From positions 14,195-78,194 of the forward strand of contig JAKUTR010000006.1 of assembly GCA_022448725.1 (NCBI GenBank): a DNA stretch of 64,000 bases. Reading direction: 5' to 3'. This DNA comes from SAR202 cluster bacterium. Its GTDB lineage: Bacteria; Chloroflexota; Dehalococcoidia; Lucifugimonadales; VXLM01. Below the pieces are notes generated by a model that was given only the letters and a program-made list of their open reading frames with translations, was not told the origin of the DNA and made no database searches. Numbering within the stretch: the stretch's first letter is position 1; every line of letters starts with the position of its first letter. Made by a program: the position numbers and the translations under genes. This document shows, piece after piece, positions 27,963 to 37,200 of this stretch.

Positions 27963-29753
27963 CTATGCAGCGTAGAGTCCCAATCCAAGGTTTACGATCA
28001 TCTCATGAATAGGGAATCCCTCGGGCAGTTCAAATTGAATATTGGGCTCTACCGCCTGACGTCCCAGGCGTCCTGCAATTGCTGAAGCGAACTCTGACCT
28101 ATTGCCGATATGGGTTCCAGTTGTGACCACAGGTACTCTAGAGTTGAGTGTGTCCTGGATATCTGTAGTTCGGTTGGCTACCGCCACGGCCCGATCGGTG
28201 ATCTGAGATGGTCTTAGGGAGCCACTCTCCCAGTGGATCGACTGGTATGCAATTGGAACCCAATCATGGATCACTATAGCGTCACATCCGTCGGCAGCTA
28301 TCCAGATTATGAGTGCTTCTTGCATGTTGACTGCCCTGGCGATAGCAAAAGGACGTAATTCAAGTGCGTCGAGTTTGTACCCCGAACGATACACAACATC
28401 TGTGATTGATGAAACAGAACGGTTCGTTGCTGATACTATAAGCCAGCGTCCGATCTGTGACCGTCCGGGTAGGCGCGTCCAGTTCATTGTTACAAGCTCC
28501 GCTGGGATACCAAGAGTACGGGCGACTTCTCGGGAGAATATCGCCTCGGGATCAAGTTCTCGGGCGTTTGGCAATTCAACGTTGCTGAGAGCTGCCTGGT
28601 AGCCAGGCACAGCTGCTACTAGACGTGCGTGTGGCGCAGCGGACTCAGTAAGAACTTGGTCAAGGTTACGGGCCACTTTTTGGGTATCCTGTACAAGGCC
28701 AGCCAGGTATGATTCCAGTCCAAACTCGGTTATCGAATACGACATTACTTCGACTCCGCGCATAGACAACACCTTCAACTCGTTGTGTTCTAGAGTTAAG
28801 GTCGTTATCTCCTCGGGGGGAGAAGTGAAGATCCCTTCGATCAGTTTCCGCTCCCTGCCAGTCGAAGGAGCAGTTCTGTTTCGGAAGAAAACGGACAAGT
28901 TTCTTATTGAATCTGCCAAAGCATAAACCAACCCCCGTAACCTCAATGATAGATTTGATAGGTACTGTGTGGAGGTGCTACTCGCTTTGTTTGATAAGGT
29001 GGGTACAGTCGGATCAGTTTCCTGTGGTTGCCCGAATTCATGCGAAACTGGATCGGCTAAGTCAGGGTTTTCAACACCCCTGGTACTGTCACGTCTTTTT
29101 GCGAGTTGATTAAGCGCTCGAAGAAGTGCAGATTCTTCACTGGTTGCCTCCTCCGATTCTGATTTTTGGGATGAGCTTGTTTGAGTCTCAGCCGTTTTGT
29201 CTGGACTTGTCTTATCGCCAGATATGAGATGTTGTAATAACTCTAAGGCATCTTGCTGCTCAGGAACTCTTTCCTGATAACCTCGAGTGGGATCGTGGGA
29301 ACTGGAAGGATTTTCATTTGAATCAGAATCCAACTCCCCATCTGGACCCGGTAGATTTGGTGTGCCGAGAGATTCAGGATTTGGAACAGTGGTTGCTATG
29401 TGATCGTGTATATGATTTTGTGCTTTGGGTTCATCTGTAAGCTCTGTGGTGCATACCAAACACTGGAAGCTGTCACCCCTCTTCTCGTACAAGCCTAGGT
29501 CATAAAGTGTACGTGGATCGGATTGGTATCTGTTATGGAATTGATGAACCATCCATTCACTGATACCAAGGGCGTCTGCTATTTGATCAACCGACCATCC
29601 TTCAGTAAACCCCCAAAAAATAAACCGCTTCTCGTCGTCGTCTACCCAGCGGCCCTTTTCATGAGCGTCTCTAGTCGGTCCACCTCTTGCGAATCTTTCA
29701 TGTAGGGTTGGCTCTGACAAATGATCACCACAACAACCGAGATCTCCTAGCAC
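27963..29753 (-). CDS. Multidomain protein: HTH + C2H2-like motif + acidic/Ser-rich linker + PilM/actin-like domain
   Basis: 596 aa. HTH-like FTEGWSVDQIADALGISEWMVHQFHNRY. FQCLVCTTELTDEPKAQNHIHDH fits C-X2-C-X12-H-X3-H. About 150 aa of low complexity. The C-terminal approximately 300 aa shows a PilM-like pattern (LTLEHNELKVLSM..., AVPGYQAALSNVELP, LELRPFAIARAV). Confidence 0.7.
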   Translation of the reverse strand: MLGDLGCCGDHLSEPTLHERFARGGPTRDAHEKGRWVDDDEKRFIFWGFTEGWSVDQIADALGISEWMVHQFHNRYQSDPRTLYDLGLYEKRGDSFQCLVCTTELTDEPKAQNHIHDHIATTVPNPESLGTPNLPGPDGELDSDSNENPSSSHDPTRGYQERVPEQQDALELLQHLISGDKTSPDKTAETQTSSSQKSESEEATSEESALLRALNQLAKRRDSTRGVENPDLADPVSHEFGQPQETDPTVPTLSNKASSTSTQYLSNLSLRLRGLVYALADSIRNLSVFFRNRTAPSTGRERKLIEGIFTSPPEEITTLTLEHNELKVLSMRGVEVMSYSITEFGLESYLAGLVQDTQKVARNLDQVLTESAAPHARLVAAVPGYQAALSNVELPNARELDPEAIFSREVARTLGIPAELVTMNWTRLPGRSQIGRWLIVSATNRSVSSITDVVYRSGYKLDALELRPFAIARAVNMQEALIIWIAADGCDAIVIHDWVPIAYQSIHWESGSLRPSQITDRAVAVANRTTDIQDTLNSRVPVVTTGTHIGNRSEFASAIAGRLGRQAVEPNIQFELPEGFPIHEMIVNLGLGLYAA

Positions 29754-29914
29754 TATAGCTTAGGCTACTCATTACAAATAATAGTAGGCCTTTAGGCTTG
29801 GAGTGTGAAGGGATTTCCCGTATCTATTTGAGCGAGCGACTAAATTGGTCATATGGGCATCCTGAACATTTGCTAGCCTACAAGGTATATTATGTCTCCG
29901 TTCAGCATCGGAAT

Positions 29915-30000
29915 GCCCAGGTGGCGGAATGGTAGACGCGGCGGACTTAAAATCCGCTTCTCGCGAGAGAGTGGGGGTTCGAGTCCCTTCCTGGGCACCA
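29915..30000 (+). tRNA. tRNA-Leu (anticodon TAA), class II with long variable arm, encoded CCA
   Basis: Acceptor stem GCCCAGG/CCTGGGC. Anticodon stem GCGGA/TCCGC with loop CTTAAAA. Long variable arm CTCTC-GCG-GAGAG. T-loop GTTCGAGTC. 3' ACCA end at 30000. Confidence 0.9.
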
Positions 30001-30017
30001 GGTGTTTACGGAAAAAT

Positions 30018-30683
30018 ATGGAGGGTGTAATGAGTTCGAAAAATCTAATCGGTTGGGCATTAATCATTGGGCCGCTCTCTGCGTTCCTCTTTGGAGGTCT
30101 TTTGACTGGGATATTGATAGGGCCTGGAGAAACCGCTGCGGAAGCCGTCAGTGAAATGCAGGCAAAGATAGGACTGAAGTCTGTATTTACTATCTTAGGT
30201 AGCTTAGGATTTGTATTCGCTTTTATTGGGACTGTTTTACTGAGTAACTCGATGCGTGGCGATGGTAAACCAGGTAGTTTGTTAGCTAGTATAAGTACTG
30301 TTATTTTCATCGCACTTACAACGCTTGCGATGGCAGCGACAATGTCGGACTGGGCAGCACTGGGCTCTCTACAAAATGATAATTTGGATGCTGCAGCACA
30401 AATTAGTAATGCCGTTACAATAACGCTTGTAGGCAATGCGTTGTGGGCAGGCTTGTTCTTCTTCTGGGGTATTGGCTTCCTTACCTTAGGAACAGCTTTG
30501 GTTATGCAACGGAAATTGAACGTCATTGTAGACTGGATTTTTGTTGTGTTTGGAGCACTGTTTGTTATTCTGCTGCTTATGCCTTGGGACCTTGCACAAA
30601 ATGTAGGCTTCTTGATTTTCGGCGTAATGGTCCTAAACACTATCGCCGCTGGTGTATTCCAGCTCAGAGCAGATGAGAGCTAG
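30018..30683 (+). CDS. Integral membrane protein, unknown function (about 6 TM segments)
   Basis: The ORF-track entry 29892..30683 starts inside the tRNA. The first plausible starts after the tRNA are the ATGs at 30018 and 30030 (MSSKNLIGWALIIGPLSAFLF...). Hydrophobic throughout. Confidence 0.65.
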   Translation: MEGVMSSKNLIGWALIIGPLSAFLFGGLLTGILIGPGETAAEAVSEMQAKIGLKSVFTILGSLGFVFAFIGTVLLSNSMRGDGKPGSLLASISTVIFIALTTLAMAATMSDWAALGSLQNDNLDAAAQISNAVTITLVGNALWAGLFFFWGIGFLTLGTALVMQRKLNVIVDWIFVVFGALFVILLLMPWDLAQNVGFLIFGVMVLNTIAAGVFQLRADES

Positions 30684-30747
30684 TGTGAGTGCTTAGTTCA
30701 AATGAATGTGTATTTGTTTTTCTGGGACCGAGACACTAGTTTAGAAC

Positions 30748-30789
30748 GGAGACTCCCTCACTATCGAAAAGGGGAGGGGTCTCCTTTCT
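30748..30789 (+). terminator. Candidate rho-independent terminator
   Basis: GGAGAC-T-CCCTC ... GAGGG-GTCTCC (11 bp with one bulged T, 14-nt loop), followed by TTTCT. Confidence 0.45.
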
Positions 30790-30870
30790 GAGAACAAGAC
30801 TCCATGACATTGCAATATCGGACTACAGCTAGATTGATAGTGCACAAAGCGACATAGATGGAGGTTTCAA

Positions 30871-31161
30871 ATGTACGGAACGATCTTCAGCCTAGATATT
30901 AAGCCGGGACATCAAGACAAACTATTGGCCACCATGGAAAAAGAGGCCGCTTCCAAACCACAAGGAATGTTAGCTTGGTTTGTTATGAAACCAGACGATA
31001 AAGAGGAATGGACAGGGGTCGCAATTTTTGAAAGTAAAGAAGCATATGTGGCTAACGCGAACAGACCAGAGCAGCATGAATCATTTCTAAAAATGATGGA
31101 GCATCTTGCATCAGAGCCTACATGGAATGATGGGACATACGTTATCGCCGAGATAGCTTAA
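30871..31161 (+). CDS. Small cytoplasmic protein, possibly dimeric alpha/beta-barrel (ABM-like)
   Basis: 96 aa. GGAGG Shine-Dalgarno 7 nt upstream. The pattern ...WTGVAIFESKEAYVANANRPEQHESF... resembles ABM/stress-responsive barrel proteins. Weak call. Confidence 0.5.
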   Translation: MYGTIFSLDIKPGHQDKLLATMEKEAASKPQGMLAWFVMKPDDKEEWTGVAIFESKEAYVANANRPEQHESFLKMMEHLASEPTWNDGTYVIAEIA

Positions 31162-31401
31162 CGGCATACTACCTTAGGGAATCGGTAAGGAATACAGTTA
31201 GTAATCAGCCAAAGGGGGCCGAAGATCAAAGAAATCCCGACCGTCAAAGCAACTCGAATTGACCCTCCTCCAGCCTGGGCGCTACTTCAGCGTAAACTCA
31301 TCACCACCCTCGAGGATGCGGCAGATATTTTTGTAGAGAAGTATTGCCGCTCTGACCTCAGTACCTACTACGTTCAAGACGTCGATGACATTTACGAGAT
31401 C

Positions 31402-33306
31402 ATGCACAACTGGGGCCTCTTCTACGCACTAGGTGGGGATGACCGTATTCTGGACTATGCACTTGGCTTCTGGAATACCACTACACGCTACTATGAAGAG
31501 ACTCAATCAGAAGCTTCGAGCGTTAATCGACACCCCTTCTATATGCCTCAGCTTCATAATGAATTTTGGAACCTGAATATTCCATACAATTCTGACTGGT
31601 TTCATATCGGTGAAGGATCCCAATCTTTTTATGACTTCGGGCTTGCTGATCCCAATCTTGAAGAGAATATGCGTCGCTCCGTGCGATTTGCCGGGCTATA
31701 TATTGGCGAAGATCCTCAAGCTCCGAACTATGACCCGAATTATCGTATTATCCGTTCTCCCTATCACGGCAGTGAGGGGCCGTTGCACCGTGCTGGTAGT
31801 AAGATCCCACTACTCCATTCATTGGGAGAGACGACCGACGATCTGGACTATGTTAAAGCATGGTTAGACCATGCCTCCTATGGTGGATTTAACCATCGTT
31901 CAATTACACGTGACTGGGAGCGCTGGCAGCAGAAAGATGGTCGTCCTATTGGAGGGGATAAAGACAATCATCTGTATCCAACAGTCAAGAATCTTGAGAG
32001 AGAGTGGTGGAACACACCCCAACGGGCTCAAGAAATAGCATCTGTTTTCGACAAAATGGCACTGGATGGTGACGTGCCAGAAAACCTCGGCGCAACAGCA
32101 ATGGTCACCAACGCATATCTTTACACAGGAGACGAGAAATATAGACGTTGGGTTCTAGACTATGTTGAAGGGTGGATCGAACGGACAAAAAACAATGGTG
32201 GTGTTATCCCAGACAATGTTGGGCCAACTGGCAAAATAGGTGAACATCGTGCCGGACAATGGTGGGGGGGACTTAAAGGGTGGTCCAGCGATGATGGTGC
32301 TGCGAGCAATCTGCTGATCTCAGTTGCGATAGGAGCGGAGTCAGCACACCTTCTCACAGGTGATGACGCATATCTTGATTTGTTACGTTCCCAGTTGAAC
32401 CTTCTTATAGAGAATGGAGATAGGGACAAGGACGGGCAGTTTGTTGTACCCATGCGATATGGGATTGATGGATGGGATGATTTTCAGCCATTGAAGATAT
32501 ATGAGATGGCACATCTCTATCATGCTTCTTTGGAGAAGAAGGACTACGATTCCCTTGTGAGCTTGCGTGATGGCAACTCCAGCCGAGATTGGAATGCAGT
32601 GGATAGTCAGAGGGACCGTCGGAGCGGGGATGCTGAATACGGTCGTTTTCAATATTACGATGGTAGAAACAAGGACTGGCCTGTAAAGATCCAGGATGCT
32701 GAACTGAACTTTGTGTTAACCATGATAGAGGCGATGCGTCAGGATATGCGTAGTACTGAGGAAATCATTTACGGCAATCATTGGCCACCTAAACATTCCG
32801 AATACCCTTCGCGACGCGACTACGGTTGTGAGGCAGCTAACCCGTTAGTCGTGAAAGGATTGACTCAAGTAATGACGGGGGCGCCTCAAAATATCTACAA
32901 CGGAGGTTTACAACGAGGCAGTGTTCGATATTTTGATCTTGATCGGTCTCGGCCTGGATTGCCACTGGATGTAGCAGCACTAGTGTATAAAATCGAATCA
33001 GATGTGATTGGCATACAACTTGTGAACACAAGCACCGAGAAGGTTCGAAGGTTAGTTGTGCAGTCGGGTGTGTTCGGTGAACACAATTTCACGGACATCA
33101 GGATTGAAGATACTCAAAGTGATGTTTCTATTTTAGATCCGCTTGCCTGGCTTCAGGGGCAGCGAACTTTTTCCGAGCAGGTTATTCGTGTCAACGGAAG
33201 ACATTTCATCGTAGAACTCCCTCCTTCAAGAACCATTAGGATAGAAGCAGGCGTTGATCGGTTTGCAAATCAGCCTAGCTACCACAACGAACTCACGATG
33301 CGATAG
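31402..33306 (+). CDS. Large cytoplasmic protein of unknown function (possibly an alpha/alpha-toroid enzyme); 5' end probably upstream of the first ATG
   Basis: 634-aa ORF from the first ATG. The frame is open back to 31189 with protein-like translation (see finding). No signal peptide and no motif I recognise. Confidence 0.7.
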   Translation: MHNWGLFYALGGDDRILDYALGFWNTTTRYYEETQSEASSVNRHPFYMPQLHNEFWNLNIPYNSDWFHIGEGSQSFYDFGLADPNLEENMRRSVRFAGLYIGEDPQAPNYDPNYRIIRSPYHGSEGPLHRAGSKIPLLHSLGETTDDLDYVKAWLDHASYGGFNHRSITRDWERWQQKDGRPIGGDKDNHLYPTVKNLEREWWNTPQRAQEIASVFDKMALDGDVPENLGATAMVTNAYLYTGDEKYRRWVLDYVEGWIERTKNNGGVIPDNVGPTGKIGEHRAGQWWGGLKGWSSDDGAASNLLISVAIGAESAHLLTGDDAYLDLLRSQLNLLIENGDRDKDGQFVVPMRYGIDGWDDFQPLKIYEMAHLYHASLEKKDYDSLVSLRDGNSSRDWNAVDSQRDRRSGDAEYGRFQYYDGRNKDWPVKIQDAELNFVLTMIEAMRQDMRSTEEIIYGNHWPPKHSEYPSRRDYGCEAANPLVVKGLTQVMTGAPQNIYNGGLQRGSVRYFDLDRSRPGLPLDVAALVYKIESDVIGIQLVNTSTEKVRRLVVQSGVFGEHNFTDIRIEDTQSDVSILDPLAWLQGQRTFSEQVIRVNGRHFIVELPPSRTIRIEAGVDRFANQPSYHNELTMR

Positions 33307-33337
33307 ATTTGGTTATCTTAAGGACATTGTCGAGAGA

Positions 33338-33970
33338 TTAAGTCTGATTTCCTTCATCCCAGTTAGGTCTAGCCATTGAGAAAGTGTTATTGACCTCAAC
33401 ATACTCCAAGTACCCGAGCCTGCCGATGGCTCGCATTTTGAGGAAATCAATCTTTCCGTCAGTCAATAACTCGTCCTTGATATGAACGCCAATAACCTCT
33501 CCAAACACTACGGTATTTGGGGCCGTGACGTCATCTGAAAGGACGCTTAAGGACTGGACGTACCTGCATTCTAAGTGAATTGGGGATTCCGCGACTCGCG
33601 GGCAGTTGACCAAGATACTGTCTTCTTTGGTAAGTCCACAGTATGAGAACTCATCGACGTCGTGCGGCGCCGCCACGGATGACGCGTTCATCTGCTCTCT
33701 CAGTTCCCACGTGGCAACATTGATTACGAATTCCCCAGTACTTTGGGCATCGGCCACTGCGTCTTTCAAACCTCCATAACTGTGGTTAGTTGTGGCTGAA
33801 AACATTACTTGTGGGGGGTGATAGGCAACGGCATTGAAGAATGAGTATGGGGCTAAATTAGAGGTTCCCATGGCGTTGAGTGTAGAGACCCAGCCTATAG
33901 GCCTCGGTACAACTATCGCGTTTAGTGGATCATGGGGTAATGGGGCACCGTGTTTTGGTTCATAGAACAT
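33338..33970 (-). CDS. Flavin reductase-like (FMN-binding split-barrel) protein
   Basis: 210 aa. PRPIGWVSTLNAMGTSNLAPYSFFNAV is the characteristic N-terminal motif of the Flavin_Reduct family. Confidence 0.85.
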   Translation of the reverse strand: MFYEPKHGAPLPHDPLNAIVVPRPIGWVSTLNAMGTSNLAPYSFFNAVAYHPPQVMFSATTNHSYGGLKDAVADAQSTGEFVINVATWELREQMNASSVAAPHDVDEFSYCGLTKEDSILVNCPRVAESPIHLECRYVQSLSVLSDDVTAPNTVVFGEVIGVHIKDELLTDGKIDFLKMRAIGRLGYLEYVEVNNTFSMARPNWDEGNQT

Positions 33971-34299
33971 TTCTAGTCGTCTCCAGTTGAGGGTGTTGCC
34001 TGAATTTTAACTTCCATGTGGTGATATCCCAGTGGTGTGGTCGATATCTTTTACCTATAAGTGGTCAATGACAATAAGAAGGGTCTGTGAAGAAGTAGAT
34101 TCTTGTTATCTATGAGTTGTAGAGTAGATTAGTTACAATAGGTGTTCAATTATGTGGTGACTCGTCGCATTGTCATCCACCAATGGACCTACTACCTCCG
34201 AGGTATTGGCGTCAAGTGGTGCTAGCCAGTGACTCGTGACGAATATCAGATAATATTTACTAGATTTATAAAGCATTGGAACGGTAGCGTAGCAAGTAT

Positions 34300-37200
34300 A
34301 TGGAACAGTTATTCGGAATACCGACCCTGTGGTTAGCTTTGGGCCTCGCCCTAGTACTACTAGTTCTATTGGGTGTTGTGGCGTACTTTGCAAATAGGCA
34401 TCGCTTTCTATTTAAGCTAGGGGTTCGGAATGTCCCGCGTCGGAAGGCCCAAAGCGTTTTGATAGTAATGGGTCTCATGTTAAGTACGACCATTATCGCC
34501 TCGTCTTTAGGTATTGGTGATACGGTCACCCATTCCATTAGAGTTGATGCGTTTACAGCTCTAGGTCATACGGACGAGATCATCTCGTCGCCTGAGGCTG
34601 TACTCTTTGGGGGAGCTTTCCTCCCGGAGGGTGCACTTGATCAGATTCAGAGCGTTGTTAGTGCAAATGATCAGATTGATGGCATTATGCCTCAGACTGA
34701 CTCACAGTTTATAGCGATACTGCCTAGAACAGCTCGAGCCGAGGCAGAAATGCGTGTCATCGGGTTTGACCCGAACCTTCAAAAGCCGTTCGGCGAACTG
34801 ATTACAGCTCAGCCGGAATGGGATGGTTTGTCAAAGCCGGGCAACGTCGTAGAAATTGACGACCTCTCGCGTGTGCTAACTACTGAGAGGGCCCGCAACG
34901 AAATGTTCCTCAACCAAGACGCTGCACGCGAATTGAAAGCTAAGAAGGGTGATCGGATCATACTAGTCACCCCCACAGATTCTTGGCAAATGAGAGTGCA
35001 TTCAATTGTGAAAAACGGAGGACTCGCTGGTGGTGGAGGTAATTCCCCAGTAGCAATCGTAAGGCTTGATCTTGCACAGGCTATGTTAGGAGTGGAAGGG
35101 AAATTCACCAAGGTTCTTGTATCTAACCGTGGTGGTGTTGAAGGAGGAATCAGAGAATCAGCCGATGTCACTAGAGACCTGCGTCTTGCTTTCTCGAACA
35201 GAGACGTTGCTCAGCAAATCTTTGAAATTCTTGGAGGGGCTAGATCCCTGGCCTTGCTTGATTTTTCTAAGGAAAGTTCAGTATCCCCTGGGCTTCGGGA
35301 TGATATCTCATTACTGAAGTTAGAATTAGGTCGTGATGCTATGTCCGATGATTTCATCTCGATCGTAGCTGACCAGCAATTTGTCGCGACATTAGTCACA
35401 GTTCTGAATCGTGGAGGCTTAGAAGAAAACTCGGAACGTTTAAACACACTGAGTTCACAACTCTTTAATCTCACTGTTGATGATATAAAGGCTGACAGAC
35501 TTGAACTCGCCGAACAGACCGGGAGTCAATTTGTCTCGCTCTTTACCATCTTTGGGTCCGTTTCAATTATCGTTGGTTTGCTCCTTATCTTTCTGGTGTT
35601 TGTACTACTGGCGGCTGCACGTTCGTCGGAAATCGGGATCGGAAGGGCTATCGGTCTTAGGCAGAGTCATGTCGTTCAGGCGTTTTTATACGAAGGTTTA
35701 GCTTACGCTCTGGCTGCAGCAGTGTTAGGGACTATTTTGGGAGTCATTGCTAGTATCGCTCTGTCAGCGATATTGCAGAGTGTCGTGTCGGCTGAGCAGT
35801 TCACAATTCACTCTAAATTTACGACTAATTCGGCGATCATCGCCTTCTCAGCAGGTATGGTACTTACGATTGTGACGGTTTTCTTATCTTCACTTTGGGT
35901 GAGTCGTCTAAACATCATAGTAGCAATTCGTGGCCTCCGCGTTGACCCCAACCGAGATGTCAGTACTCCAGTTCGAATACTCCGACAAGGCTGGCCGGTG
36001 GTAGTGGTCGGTGTTGCATTAGCCGTTGGGAACTTGGTGCTCAATAGTGCCGTTGATTTAGGCGTTGCATTGAGTATGTTTTACATTAGCATCAGCGTCA
36101 TAGTGATTGGTGTTGGGATGTGTATACGTTGGGTTTTAGGTACGACCGGAATGGAGTACAGCCGGACATCACGTATTGGGGGTTCATTTCAAGGTCTTGT
36201 ACTTCTTCTTTTATGGTCACTTCCGCTTGATACTTTCGAGTCGATAACCGGAGAGTTATCGACGGGAGCGGAGATATTCGTATTGAGTGGGACAGCAATG
36301 GTAGGGTCTGCTGTGTGGCTCATCATGAATAACACCGGGGTTATTGTGTGGATTTTATATGCTGTCCCTGGTCGAATTCATCGTCTGAAGGCTGTTATGA
36401 AGACAGCCATTGCTTATCCAATGGCGGCCAGATTTTTGACGGGATTGACTGTAGTTATGTTCGCCATAATCATTTTTAATCTGACGATTTTTGCGATCAT
36501 TAATAACCTTGGAAATCTTGCACGGGAGGACCCCAGCCGCGTAACAGGCGGCTACGATATCTCTGCTATTGTGAGACCAGAAATCCCGATATATGACTTT
36601 AAGCGTACGCTTAATGATGAGGCGGAGGGGTTCCAGAACGACATACAAGTAAACTCAGCTGACTGGGTAAGGCGTCGCGTTCATGATGCAAGTGCTTCCG
36701 TGACTATACCCGTTGAAGCTCGTCAAGTAGCTGGATTAGATATTGAGTTTAAGGCTCTTGATCTTACGGCTGTTGACGATACTTTTATGAAGACTAGCGC
36801 ATGGCGTGTAAGCCATTTTGACCCCACTTATGAAACTGGGTCTGGCAATATTGACCGTGATATGTGGTTAGCTTTACAGCGTGATCCAAGTCTCGCAATT
36901 ATTAATAATACGGCGTTGGAGCGTGATGATTCTTTTGCTCCGAACGACCCATTTAACCCGAATTTTGGAGGTTTCACGGCAGAAGGTCTCAAAGCAAGTT
37001 CACCTCGAGAGATAGCCCCCTTTGAGATCGAGATGAGGCCTGTAGGCGGTGATGAAAGGATAGTACGTCGACGTGTAATAGCTGTTCTTGAATCTCTAGC
37101 AGACCAGCTTTCCACAGAGCGGCGTACCCGCGCTGAAGCCCTTACCCAAGCGAGACCGGCGACTCTTTTCACTAGTGCAACGGTTCTTATGGAGATCTCG

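Noticed and set aside
27963-29753. PilM-like domain as evidence for a type IV pilus or competence locus
   Set aside because: No pilN/O/P/Q, pilB/T ATPase, prepilin or secretin genes are nearby. The neighbours are metal-related exported proteins.
29873-30640. 255-aa minus-strand ORF, and the first 125 nt of the 29892..30683 plus-strand ORF
   Set aside because: Both run through the tRNA-Leu gene (29915-30000). The minus-strand ORF is an antisense shadow of the hydrophobic membrane-protein gene. Its translation is low-complexity and has no start context. The plus-strand gene was trimmed to start after the tRNA.
29915-34300. tRNA-Leu as an integration site for a genomic island
   Set aside because: No integrase, excisionase or transposase ORF lies on either side. 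I could not find a direct repeat of the tRNA 3' end downstream. The neighbouring genes look like ordinary chromosomal genes. A proper repeat search would still be needed to exclude a degraded island.
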